From an uncultured Streptococcus sp. (GTDB taxonomy: Bacteria > Bacillota > Bacilli > Lactobacillales > Streptococcaceae), in contig NZ_CAUTAP010000002.1 in assembly GCF_963536705.1 (NCBI RefSeq), forward strand, positions 40,837 to 104,836: a stretch of DNA of 64,000 nt. Direction: 5' to 3'. Below the pieces are notes generated by a model. It was given only the letters and a program-made list of their open reading frames with translations. It had not been told where the DNA came from and searched no databases. This document shows positions 52,366-61,920 of this stretch, one piece after another. The stretch's first letter is position 1; every line of letters begins with the position of its first letter. A program made the position numbers and the translations under genes.

Positions 52366-53301
52366 CTAGTTCATTTTTTCAAGGCCATCTTGAATAGTTT
52401 TGAGTTCGTATTCAAGTGTCAATGGATCGTTGAAATAAAAGGCGTTGGCATCTACTTTTAAGATGTGGTTCTGTTGGACAGCGGGAATAGATTTCCAAAC
52501 ATCGCTTTCGTAAAGAGCACTGCCTGTTTTATCATCTTCAGCTGCAACCAGGACATAATCGCCAATGTACTCACTCACCGTTTCTTGGCTGACTTGCAAG
52601 TAGCCACTTGGGAATACTTCATCCTTCACTTTTTGCGGGGCATCAAATCCCAGAGATTTGTAGATAACTTCTCCGCCTCGTCCCCAGTTGTTACCGAAGA
52701 GGTAGATTTCCTTTTCATATAGCCCAACAACAGTGAAAGTGACATTTTGTCCCAGCTTTTCTTTTAACTGCTTGCCAATATCAGCTGTTTTGCTTTTCCA
52801 ATCGGCAATCCATTGATCAGCTTCTTTTTCCTTACCAAAGATTTGGCCAAAGCGATTCAGGATTTCTAAATAGTCATTTTTTCCATAATCAATGGCAATA
52901 GTTGGAGCGATTTTCTTTAGTTCATCGATATTTTTGTCACTGGCATCTACCACGATAAGGTCTGGCTTTTGCTTAGCGATTGATTCCAAATCTTCTGGCA
53001 TCAGGACCTTGGCATTTTTGACTTTTTCCTTGAGGACAGGATTTTTAGCATCATAGGATGTTACAATGACAGGATCGAAGCCTAGTTGTAGCAGATAGCC
53101 GGTGTAGGTAGAGGAGAGGCTGGCGATGCGTTTTGGATTTTTGGGGATATCGCCGTAGTAGTGGAATCCGTCAATTTTTGGCTTGCTGGATAGCTCGACC
53201 TTGTCTGAAGAGGCAGAGTTTTCAGATTTAGATGAGCTGCCGCAGGCAACTAAAAGGAAGATGGTGACAGTAAGGGTGGCAAATGATAAAAACTTTTTCA
53301 T
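52366..53301 (-). CDS. fhuD: Iron-siderophore binding lipoprotein (FhuD-like)
   Basis: Lipobox LVAC, PKRIA, KPDLI and KIAPT motifs. Confidence 0.85.
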   Translation of the reverse strand: MKKFLSFATLTVTIFLLVACGSSSKSENSASSDKVELSSKPKIDGFHYYGDIPKNPKRIASLSSTYTGYLLQLGFDPVIVTSYDAKNPVLKEKVKNAKVLMPEDLESIAKQKPDLIVVDASDKNIDELKKIAPTIAIDYGKNDYLEILNRFGQIFGKEKEADQWIADWKSKTADIGKQLKEKLGQNVTFTVVGLYEKEIYLFGNNWGRGGEVIYKSLGFDAPQKVKDEVFPSGYLQVSQETVSEYIGDYVLVAAEDDKTGSALYESDVWKSIPAVQQNHILKVDANAFYFNDPLTLEYELKTIQDGLEKMN

Positions 53302-53380
53302 TTTTTCCTCCAATTCTATAAAAAGTTTAGAAGCTGTATCCATGAAGAAGATATGGGAAACTTATCTATGAATACATAAC

Positions 53381-54166
53381 TTATTTAACGAGCTGATAGC
53401 TGAGGCAGAGCGGCTTATCCTGAATAGGATCTCGAATAATCTGGGCTTCAATCTGAAAAATGTCTCTCAGAATATCCGAAGTCATGATCTGCTCAACACT
53501 TCCTTGATACCGGATATGCCCATTTTTCATAGCAATCAACTGATGGGAAAAGCGGGCAGCTAGGTTGATGTCATGCAGAACCATGATAATGGTTTTTCCG
53601 CTGAGTTGGTTGAGGTCATTCAGCAACTCCAAGATTTCCAGCTGATGATTCATATCCAGATAGGTGGTCGGCTCGTCCAGAAAAATAGTCTCTGTATCTT
53701 GAGCTAAAGCCATAGCAATCCAGACGCGCTGGCGCTGACCTCCAGACAAATCATCCACCTGCCAGTCCGAAAATTCGCTGACCTGAGTTGCTTCCATAGC
53801 CCAGCAGATTTTTTCCCGGTCTTCTGTACTGAGCCTGCCCAAGCCAGTTTGATGCGGAAAGCGGCCATAAGAAACCAGATCATAGACAGTGATGCCATCG
53901 GTCGCCTCCATGGTTTGGGGCAGCAAGGCAATCTTTTGCGCCACCTCCTTGGTCGGCAGTAGGGCGATGGACTGTCCATCCAGGGTTATACTGCCGGCTT
54001 TTGTCGGCAAAATACGAGTAAAAGCCTTGAGAAGAGTGGATTTACCGCAGCCATTGCTACCGATAATAGTTGTAATCTTTCCCTCGGCGAGTTGGCAGTC
54101 CAGTCCGTCAATAATAACCTTTTGATCGTAGGCGACCTGGATACTTGCTGCAGAGATAGTGGACAT
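53381..54166 (-). CDS. fhuC: Iron-siderophore ABC ATPase (FhuC-like)
   Basis: GSNGCGKST, LSGGQRQR and LDEPTTYLD motifs. Confidence 0.88.
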   Translation of the reverse strand: MSTISAASIQVAYDQKVIIDGLDCQLAEGKITTIIGSNGCGKSTLLKAFTRILPTKAGSITLDGQSIALLPTKEVAQKIALLPQTMEATDGITVYDLVSYGRFPHQTGLGRLSTEDREKICWAMEATQVSEFSDWQVDDLSGGQRQRVWIAMALAQDTETIFLDEPTTYLDMNHQLEILELLNDLNQLSGKTIIMVLHDINLAARFSHQLIAMKNGHIRYQGSVEQIMTSDILRDIFQIEAQIIRDPIQDKPLCLSYQLVK

Positions 54167-54383
54167 AGACTTCCTTTCTGGCTGATTCTTCTATCAGAAT
54201 TACGCCTTTTATTATACCATAAAAATTTTTCTAAAAAAAGAGTTTTCTGACAATTTAATAAAAATAAAATAAAAAAGTTTTATAAAATTGTAAATAATAA
54301 AAATTTAAGCTTTTCATGCTAAGATAGAAATATTAAAAAGGACCTGCAATGATGATATGAATTTACAGGTGGTGAAAGGAAAA

Positions 54384-55142
54384 ATGATGAAATTATTGAC
54401 AAACCTACGCCCCTCTAAGCCTTTGAAAGAGCTGAGGTGGTTTGATATTGCTGTGATTACTCTGCTCATGTTTGGGCAGTTTATTTACCGCTCAACGGAG
54501 CTTTATTTAGCTAGCTTTGCGCCAGCTTCCAGCTCAGGAGCGACTGAAACGGTGACCAATACAGCCAGCGAGGGAGCAGCTTTTTCTAGCAATTTCAATT
54601 TTCAGCTACTGATGCTGGTCTTGACCATTCTTTATCTATTGCTTCGGCGCTTTGACTTTAAGCAGCTTCCCATCCGTATGAGCTGGTCGGTTCTCCTCTG
54701 GACTCCACTTATTTTTGTAGCAGTAGGGTTCTTTGGTGACATTGTGACGACACTGAGCGGCGAGTATAATTACTTTGATCCAACTCTCTGGTCTTATGTA
54801 GATGTTCTGGAAATCTTCCGGAAATTTGCTGAACTGACACCTATGGCCATCCTCTACGGACTTCTCAATGGTTTCTATGAGGAATTCTTCTTTCTGGGGC
54901 TTATGACCTCTGTTAGGGATAAGTATAAGTGGTGGGCTCTGGCCTACTCTACTATCATTCGGATTTCTTTCCACACCTATCAGGGCATGCTGTGGGCCTT
55001 GGTTATCGGAGTGGTGTACGGTCTCTTTTACTATTTCCTTTACAAGTACAAGGTCAAGAACCTCTTGCCTTTCTTTCTCATGCACGCCTTGGCGGATATG
55101 TTTGGCTCCAGCTTGATGTACGTTCTGATTAAATGGCGTTAA
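54384..55142 (+). CDS. CPBP/Abi intramembrane metalloprotease
   Basis: YEEFFF, FH and HALAD motifs; multiple TM segments. Confidence 0.82.
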   Translation: MMKLLTNLRPSKPLKELRWFDIAVITLLMFGQFIYRSTELYLASFAPASSSGATETVTNTASEGAAFSSNFNFQLLMLVLTILYLLLRRFDFKQLPIRMSWSVLLWTPLIFVAVGFFGDIVTTLSGEYNYFDPTLWSYVDVLEIFRKFAELTPMAILYGLLNGFYEEFFFLGLMTSVRDKYKWWALAYSTIIRISFHTYQGMLWALVIGVVYGLFYYFLYKYKVKNLLPFFLMHALADMFGSSLMYVLIKWR

Positions 55143-55187
55143 TCTCTACTAAACAAGAATAAAAAGGCGATATTCTCGCCTTTTTTC

Positions 55188-56633
55188 TTATAAATACTTT
55201 TCTGCTAAGGCATAGTCTCCTGAATAGGCTACTTTTTCTCCTTCTATGATTTGGTAAGCATCTGCTCCTTTACCGGCCAGAATGACGGCATCTCCCTCTC
55301 GGTCTGTCAGACTGAGAGCTTTTTTGATGGCTTCTTCTCGGTCGGCTATTTTTTCCACTGGATAGGAGATGTAGGATGCGATTTCCTCCGCAATGGCTAG
55401 AGGATCTTCATAGTTAGGGTCGTCAGCAGTTAAGATAACAGTCAGCTCAGGATGCTGATTGAGTAAGAGACCGAAGTCTTTGCGGCGGCTTTCACCCTTG
55501 TTGCCTGTAGCACCCAAGAGGAGAATAATCTTGCCCTTTTGGTGTTCCTCTACCACAGAAAGCAGGTTGCTTAGGCTGACGCCATTGTGAGCGTAGTCAA
55601 CGAAGACCTTGGCGCCGTTTTTTTGAGTCAGGACTTCCATACGGCCTGGGACTCGGGTTGCGGCAATTCCTTTTTTGATGTCTTCGAGGCTAGCACCCAG
55701 TCGCAGACAGGCAAGACCAGCAGCTACTGCATTTTCCTGATTGAAGTGGCCGATGAGCTGGATATCGTAGCGGCCAGCTAACTTACCAGCAACTTCAAAG
55801 CTGAAGGCCTGAGAATCTATGATGGTATTGCTTGAGCCTGCTCCATAGAAATCATGTTCCATAGAAGCGACTTGCTCTTTCACGATTTGGAAATGATCCA
55901 TATCGCTATTTACGATAACTGCTCGGCTATTATCCATCAAAAGCCGTTTATTGTAGAAGTAATCCTCAAAAGTCGGATGCTCGATAGGGCCGATATGGTC
56001 TGGGCTGATATTAAGAAAGACACCCACATCAAAGGTTAGGCCGTAGACTCTTTTCTTGAGATAAGCCTGACTGGAAACTTCCATGATGAGATGAGTCCGA
56101 TTATTAGCAAGGGCTTGGGCCATCATTTTGATAAGATCCAGACTCTCTGGTGTGGTCAGAGTTGACTTGAAGAAAGTCTCGCCATCCAAAGTAGTGTTCA
56201 TAGTCGAGAGTAGGGCAGGACGATGACTTTGAGAAAGGGTTTGATAGGCAAAATAAGCTGTAGTTGTCTTGCCCTTGGTTCCAGTAAAGGCAAGTAGTTT
56301 GAGCTTTTTCTCAGGATGGCCGTAAAATTCCATGGCTAAGAGACTCATGGCTTGCTTGACATCGTTGACCAAGAGGACCGGAATGCCCACTTGAAAGTCT
56401 GTCTCGCTGATATAAAAGCGCAGGCCAGCTGAGACGGCTTTTTCTAGAAATTCTTTCTTAAAAGCCTCACCCTTGACAAAAAAGAGGGTAGAGGCATCCG
56501 CTTCCCTGCTGTCATAACTGATACTATCGAAAGTCAAGCCGCTGTAGGAGAAAAAGTATTCTCCGTCTTTGACAATATCACGAAAATTATGGTCTTCTTT
56601 TAAAATATTTAATACGGTTTCAATTTTAATCAT
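55188..56633 (-). CDS. murE: UDP-MurNAc-dipeptide L-lysine ligase
   Basis: [23 protein letters not shown] and DDPN motifs. Confidence 0.93.
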   Translation of the reverse strand: MIKIETVLNILKEDHNFRDIVKDGEYFFSYSGLTFDSISYDSREADASTLFFVKGEAFKKEFLEKAVSAGLRFYISETDFQVGIPVLLVNDVKQAMSLLAMEFYGHPEKKLKLLAFTGTKGKTTTAYFAYQTLSQSHRPALLSTMNTTLDGETFFKSTLTTPESLDLIKMMAQALANNRTHLIMEVSSQAYLKKRVYGLTFDVGVFLNISPDHIGPIEHPTFEDYFYNKRLLMDNSRAVIVNSDMDHFQIVKEQVASMEHDFYGAGSSNTIIDSQAFSFEVAGKLAGRYDIQLIGHFNQENAVAAGLACLRLGASLEDIKKGIAATRVPGRMEVLTQKNGAKVFVDYAHNGVSLSNLLSVVEEHQKGKIILLLGATGNKGESRRKDFGLLLNQHPELTVILTADDPNYEDPLAIAEEIASYISYPVEKIADREEAIKKALSLTDREGDAVILAGKGADAYQIIEGEKVAYSGDYALAEKYL

Positions 56634-56719
56634 AAATCTATTGTAAACCTTATGGCTGGGTTTTACAAGAGGCAAGGAAAAGTTTATAATAAAAGAAGAA
56701 TAAATAGAAGAGGTTTTCT

Positions 56720-58348
56720 ATGAGCCAAGAAACAACAAGCCAGCAGCAGCAGATGCTGCGGGGAACTGCCTGGCTAACTGCCAGCAATTTTATCAGTCGT
56801 CTTCTGGGTGCCATCTATATCATTCCTTGGTATATTTGGATGGGCAAGCACGGCGCCGAGGCCAACGGCCTTTTTACTATGGGCTACAATATCTATGCCT
56901 GGTTTTTACTGATTTCTACAGCCGGCGTGCCAGTGGCAGTAGCCAAACAGGTAGCTAAGTACAATACAATTGACAAGGAAGAGCACAGTTTCACTCTCAT
57001 CCGAGAGTTTCTCAAGTTTATGCTGCTTTTGGGAGCTGTCTTTGCAGTGATGATGTACCTGCTCTCACCAGTTTTCGCTTCTATGTCTGGCGGTGGTTCA
57101 GACTTGGTGCCAGTCATGCAGAGTCTGTCTCTGGCCGTTTTGATATTCCCATCCATGAGTGTTATCCGAGGTTTTTTCCAAGGTTTTAACAATCTCAAGC
57201 CTTATGCCATCAGTCAGATTGCGGAGCAGGTCATTCGGGTTATCTGGATGCTGCTGACAGCCTTTTTCATCATGAAAATCGGTTCTGGCAACTATGTAGA
57301 AGCGGTTACACAGTCAACATTTGCAGCATTTATCGGTATGCTGGCTAGCATGGCTGTCTTAGCCTTCTATCTCTGGAAGACAGGTATGCTGACTTCTATC
57401 CTTCATAAGTCTGCCAATGCAGGGGAGATCAATAGCCGTGCCCTCCTCTGGGATACAATCCGAGAAGCCATTCCTTTCATTATCACAGGATCTGCCATTC
57501 AGCTTTTTCAGATTATTGACCAAAATACCTTTATCCATGTCATGGGCTGGATCAGCAAGTACAGCAAGTCCGAGCTGCTGGTTCAGTTTGCCTACTTCTC
57601 AGCAAATCCTAATAAAATTACCATGATTTTAATTGCAGTGGCTACTTCTATCGGTGGTGTTGGGATTCCTCTCTTGACCGAGAACTATGTCAAAGGTGAT
57701 TTCCGATCGGCTGCACGCTTGGTGCAGGACAATCTCAGCATGCTGATTTTCTTTATCTTGCCAGCAACCATTGGTGCTGTTTTGGTAGCGGAACCTCTAT
57801 ATACCGTTTTCTATGGTAAGCCAGACGGCTTAGCACTGGGACTTTTCATCTTTGCTATGCTGCAGACCATTATCCTCAGTCTATATACGGTGTTGGCTCC
57901 GATGATTCAGGCCCTCTTCCAGAATAGAAAGGCGATTATTTACTTCCTGTATGGAGTAGGAGTCAAGCTGGTGCTGCAAGTACCCTTGATTTATATTTTC
58001 AAAGCTTATGGACCTCTTCTTGCGACGACGATTGGTCTGATTATCCCAATCCTGCTCATGTATCGGGAAATCCGTCAGGTAACTGGTCTGAATCCTAAGA
58101 ACCTCTTTAAACGGAGTCTCCTGTCAGTGATTCTGACGGTTCTGATGACTATCTTTGTCTTGGTAGCAGAGCTTCTTATCGGTCTCTTCCTTCATCCTAG
58201 CGGCCGAGTTTCCAGCTTTGTCTATATAGCTCTGATTGGCGGTATCGGTCTTGCTGTCTATGGCGGTCTGGCGCTCAAAGTTCGCCTTATGGATCGCTTT
58301 ATCGGTTCAAAAGCGGCTAGTCTGCGCCGACGCTTTCATATCTATTAA
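56720..58348 (+). CDS. murJ: Lipid II flippase (MurJ/YtgP, MOP family)
   Basis: About 14 TM segments; STAGVPVAVAK and RGFFQG; divergent from murE. Confidence 0.82.
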   Translation: MSQETTSQQQQMLRGTAWLTASNFISRLLGAIYIIPWYIWMGKHGAEANGLFTMGYNIYAWFLLISTAGVPVAVAKQVAKYNTIDKEEHSFTLIREFLKFMLLLGAVFAVMMYLLSPVFASMSGGGSDLVPVMQSLSLAVLIFPSMSVIRGFFQGFNNLKPYAISQIAEQVIRVIWMLLTAFFIMKIGSGNYVEAVTQSTFAAFIGMLASMAVLAFYLWKTGMLTSILHKSANAGEINSRALLWDTIREAIPFIITGSAIQLFQIIDQNTFIHVMGWISKYSKSELLVQFAYFSANPNKITMILIAVATSIGGVGIPLLTENYVKGDFRSAARLVQDNLSMLIFFILPATIGAVLVAEPLYTVFYGKPDGLALGLFIFAMLQTIILSLYTVLAPMIQALFQNRKAIIYFLYGVGVKLVLQVPLIYIFKAYGPLLATTIGLIIPILLMYREIRQVTGLNPKNLFKRSLLSVILTVLMTIFVLVAELLIGLFLHPSGRVSSFVYIALIGGIGLAVYGGLALKVRLMDRFIGSKAASLRRRFHIY

Positions 58349-58400
58349 AAAGCCGCAGGGCTTTTTAATTTTTAGATTTGTTTTTCTAAAACTTTAACAT

Positions 58401-58417
58401 TATAGTTTCAAACTATA
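58401..58417. promoter_or_regulatory. MET-box (MtaR/MetR/CmbR LysR-type operator)
   Basis: Palindrome TATAGTTTCAAACTATA upstream of a trans-sulfuration operon. Confidence 0.8.
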
Positions 58418-58504
58418 GCTAGCTCTTGAAAAGAAAAAAGAAAAATGTTTTCAAAAGATGTTACAATAGAGGGTGAAATATTAGCGAAGGATTGGAAGGT
58501 TAAT

Positions 58505-59602
58505 ATGAGTAAGGACGTAAAATTAAATACACTACTGGCTCAGGCTGGGGTTAAAAAAGATGAAACAACTGGTGCTTTAACAACACCCCTGCATTTTTCA
58601 ACGACCTACCAGCACCCTGAGTTTGGCCAGTCAACAGGTTATGACTATACTCGAACCAAGAATCCAACGCGGGTTAGCTTGGAAGAGACTCTGGCTGCTA
58701 TCGAAAGTGCAAATTATGCTCTAGCGACTAGTTCTGGTATGTCGGCTATTGTGCTGGCCTTTAGTGCCTTTCCGGTCGGCAGCAAGGTTTTGGCTGTTCG
58801 GGATCTCTATGGCGGATCTTTCCGTTGGTTTGCCCAAGCTGAAGCAGAAGGGCGTTTTGCCTTTAGCTATGCCAATACAGAAGAAGAACTTCTGAATAGT
58901 CTAACAGAGGATATAGATATTGTCTATATCGAGACACCGACCAATCCTCTTATGGTAGAGTTTGACATTGCCCGCATTTCCCAAGCGGCTCATGAGCGAG
59001 GAGCAGCTGTCATTGTGGACAATACCTTCTACAGTCCCATTTATCAAAGACCGCTGGAGGATGGAGCTGATATTGTTCTGCACTCTGCAACCAAGTATCT
59101 GGGCGGGCACAATGATGTCTTGGCTGGAGCCATCATGACTAATGATGCTGCTATTTATGACAAGCTATTCTATAACCTCAATACAACTGGGCCAGTCCTG
59201 TCTCCTTTTGACAGCTATCTGCTTTTGCGCGGTCTCAAGACACTGGCTCTCCGTATGGAGCGCTCTACTCAGAATGCACAAGAAGTAGTCGCTTTTCTGA
59301 AAAAATCTTCTGCGGTAAAGGAAGTTCTCTATCCAGGAAAGGGTGGTATGATTTCCTTTAAAGTTGTGGACGAAGGGAAGATTCCTCATCTCCTAAATAG
59401 CCTGAAAGTCTTTACCTTTGCGGAAAGTTTGGGTGGAGTAGAGAGCTTGATTACCTATCCGACTACCCAGACTCACGCTGACATTCCAGTTGAAGTGCGT
59501 CATTCTTATGGCTTAACTGATGATTTGCTGCGCCTGTCGATTGGAATTGAGGATAGCCGAGATTTGGTAGACGATTTACGTGCAGCCTTGGAGAATGAAT
59601 AA
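58505..59602 (+). CDS. metB: Cystathionine gamma-synthase
   Basis: YTRTKNPT, SSGMSAI, ETPTNP and HSATKYLGGH motifs. Confidence 0.88.
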   Translation: MSKDVKLNTLLAQAGVKKDETTGALTTPLHFSTTYQHPEFGQSTGYDYTRTKNPTRVSLEETLAAIESANYALATSSGMSAIVLAFSAFPVGSKVLAVRDLYGGSFRWFAQAEAEGRFAFSYANTEEELLNSLTEDIDIVYIETPTNPLMVEFDIARISQAAHERGAAVIVDNTFYSPIYQRPLEDGADIVLHSATKYLGGHNDVLAGAIMTNDAAIYDKLFYNLNTTGPVLSPFDSYLLLRGLKTLALRMERSTQNAQEVVAFLKKSSAVKEVLYPGKGGMISFKVVDEGKIPHLLNSLKVFTFAESLGGVESLITYPTTQTHADIPVEVRHSYGLTDDLLRLSIGIEDSRDLVDDLRAALENE

Positions 59603-59603
59603 T

Positions 59604-60770
59604 ATGGGAAGATATAATTTTGAAAAAGCCCCCTGTCGTGTAGGGCATCATACTTATAAATGGAAAGAAGTGGAGAAGGACAAAGAAGTTCTGCCAGCCT
59701 GGATTGCAGACATGGATTTTGAAGTCCTGCCTGAAATCCAGCAAACCGTTCATGACTACGCTAATCAGTTAGTCTATGGCTATACCTATGCCAGTGAAGA
59801 GCTAATCAATGCCGTTCTAGATTGGGAGCGGGATGAGCACGACTATACCTTTGATCGGGATGCCTTGGTATTTATAGAAGGAGTTGTCCCTGCTATTTCG
59901 ACGGCTATCCAAGCCTATACCAAGGAAGGTGATGCCGTTCTAATAAACACTCCTGTTTACCCACCTTTTGCCCGCAGTGTCAAGCTCAATAATCGTCAGC
60001 TTATTACCAATTCTCTGATAGAGCAGGACGGTCTCTTTCAGATTGACTTTGATCAGCTAGAGCGGGACATTGCAGATAATGAAGTCAAGATTTATGTTCT
60101 GTGCAATCCGCATAATCCCGGAGGTCGAGTTTGGGAACGGGAAGTGTTAGAGAAAATTGGCCGCCTCTGCCAAAAGTACGGCGTCCTCCTGGTCTCAGAC
60201 GAAATCCACCAAGACTTGACGCTGTTTGGCCATGAACATCAGTCTTTCAATACTGTTTCGCCTGACTTTAAGGACTTTAGCTTGATTTTAGCCAGTGCAA
60301 CTAAGACCTTTAATATTGCTGGGACTAAAAATTCCTATGCTGTGATTGAGAATCCAAGCTTACGACATCAGTTTAAAAAACGCCAGCTGGCCAACAACCA
60401 GCATGAAATTCCTGGCCTTGGTTTTTTAGCGACAGAAGCAGCCTATCGTTACGGTTGGACTTGGTTGATGGAGCTCAAGGAAGTTCTTGAGAAGAATGTG
60501 AATTTTGTAGTTGCTTATTTTGCCAAAGAGGCACCGCGCCTGCGGGTCATGAAGCCTCAAGGGACTTATCTGATTTGGCTGGACTTTTCAGATTATGGCC
60601 TAACAGATGACCAGCTCTTCCAGCTTCTGCGAGAAGAGGCTAAGGTTGTGCTGAATAGAGGAAGTGATTTTGGTCAAGAAGGCAAAGGCCATGCCCGCCT
60701 AAATGTTGCTGCTCCAGAGACGATGATTGAAGAAATCTGCTCCCGTATTGCAGAGGTATTGCCAAAATAA
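59604..60770 (+). CDS. patB: MalY/PatB cystathionine beta-lyase / cysteine desulfhydrase
   Basis: WIADMDF, LCNPHNP, SDEIH and SATKTFN motifs; start could be 59595 or 59604. Confidence 0.88.
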   Translation: MGRYNFEKAPCRVGHHTYKWKEVEKDKEVLPAWIADMDFEVLPEIQQTVHDYANQLVYGYTYASEELINAVLDWERDEHDYTFDRDALVFIEGVVPAISTAIQAYTKEGDAVLINTPVYPPFARSVKLNNRQLITNSLIEQDGLFQIDFDQLERDIADNEVKIYVLCNPHNPGGRVWEREVLEKIGRLCQKYGVLLVSDEIHQDLTLFGHEHQSFNTVSPDFKDFSLILASATKTFNIAGTKNSYAVIENPSLRHQFKKRQLANNQHEIPGLGFLATEAAYRYGWTWLMELKEVLEKNVNFVVAYFAKEAPRLRVMKPQGTYLIWLDFSDYGLTDDQLFQLLREEAKVVLNRGSDFGQEGKGHARLNVAAPETMIEEICSRIAEVLPK

Positions 60771-60812
60771 ATCAAGAATTTTTTGAAATTTGTCTCAAGC
60801 GAGAAAAAATGA

Positions 60813-60841
60813 TTGACAATCCTTTGAAAGAGGAGTATAGT
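60813..60841 (+). promoter_or_regulatory. Promoter of the M-box operon
   Basis: TTGACA-N17-TATAGT. Confidence 0.75.
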
Positions 60842-60850
60842 AATAGTGGA

Positions 60851-60995
60851 AAATCGGTAGGTGAGGCTACCATAAGGATACGGATGACTACCGCAAAGCA
60901 GTGGAGACACTACTCGTTGGTTAACAGTCCTGATCGCCAAGGTCAAGACTAAGCTCATTTCATCGCCTTATGGAGTTAAAGCTTGAACGGTGAAT
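60851..60995 (+). ncRNA. M-box (ykoK leader) Mg2+ riboswitch
   Basis: tcggtaggtgaggctac...ggttaacag...aaggt...taaagcttgaacg follows the ykoK consensus; mgtA lies downstream. Confidence 0.9.
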
Positions 60996-61048
60996 GCTTG
61001 CTTTATCTGTGCTTAAAACAATGAAGCGAATAACCTGACATGCAAACA

Positions 61049-61082
61049 ACCCTGCTGAGAAATTGGCAGGGTATTCTTTTTT
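61049..61082 (+). terminator. Riboswitch expression-platform terminator
   Basis: accctgc...gcagggt stem followed by a T-rich run. Confidence 0.75.
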
Positions 61083-61151
61083 GCTGAAAATATTTCAAGA
61101 GAGTAAATAGTTGATTGCTTGCCTCTCAAGAAAAAAGAAGGAGGAATAGTG

Positions 61152-61763
61152 ATGAAATTTTGGTATTCTAGTACCAGTCCTTTTGCGCGTAAAGTATATG
61201 TTACAATTTTACATCATCATTTAGAGGAGCAAGTGGATATTCAGAAAGTTCAGGTGGCTTTTGATAGAAATTCACCGCACAATCAAGATAATCCTTTAGG
61301 TAGAATTCCTGCTTTTCAAGCTTCCAGTGGAGAATGGTTATATGGTAGTGATTTAATTTCTCAATATTTAGACGAACTAGGTCAGGAAATCTCACTTTTC
61401 CCCAATGGAATGGATAAATGGCATGTTTTAAATATACTGTCCATTGCTGAAGGAATTTTGGAAAATACAATGCCGATTGTTGCGGAAAAATTTTTCCATG
61501 AAAAAGAACATTGGTGGAAAGACAGACATCAGCAAATTGAAGAGAGAAATATACGGAGTTTGTCTTTGTTAGAGAAACTGGCTACTGAGCAAGGGCTCTC
61601 TTTAAATATTGCAACAATCCAAGTAGTTGCTCTTGTAGATTGGTGGAATTTACGTGAAGAAGTTATTGGATTATCTTTAAAAGAAAATTTTCCAGAATTG
61701 CAAGATTGGACACAGAAGATGAATGCCACTTTTGACGTCTTGCAGGCATCTTGGGACTTTTAA
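61152..61763 (+). CDS. Glutathione S-transferase family protein
   Basis: SPFARKV, NPLGRIP and GSDLISQYL N-terminal GST motifs; GGAGG SD; AT-rich. Confidence 0.88.
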   Translation: MKFWYSSTSPFARKVYVTILHHHLEEQVDIQKVQVAFDRNSPHNQDNPLGRIPAFQASSGEWLYGSDLISQYLDELGQEISLFPNGMDKWHVLNILSIAEGILENTMPIVAEKFFHEKEHWWKDRHQQIEERNIRSLSLLEKLATEQGLSLNIATIQVVALVDWWNLREEVIGLSLKENFPELQDWTQKMNATFDVLQASWDF

Positions 61764-61795
61764 TTGTTTTTATAAATTAAGAAAGGAGACATGCG

Positions 61796-61867
61796 ATGCA
61801 AATTGACGATTATCCGGAACCGCACATACACAGCCAATCGCTGATTTGTGTCGTTCTGTCCTCATAA
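61796..61867 (+). CDS. Possible 23-aa leader peptide MQIDDYPEPHIHSQSLICVVLSS
   Basis: AAGGAG SD 7 nt before ATG; lies between the GST gene and mgtA. Confidence 0.35.
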   Translation: MQIDDYPEPHIHSQSLICVVLSS

Positions 61868-61920
61868 AGTGATTGGTCCCTGTGTATGAAATTTAACAAT
61901 CATACATCAAGGAGAAACCA

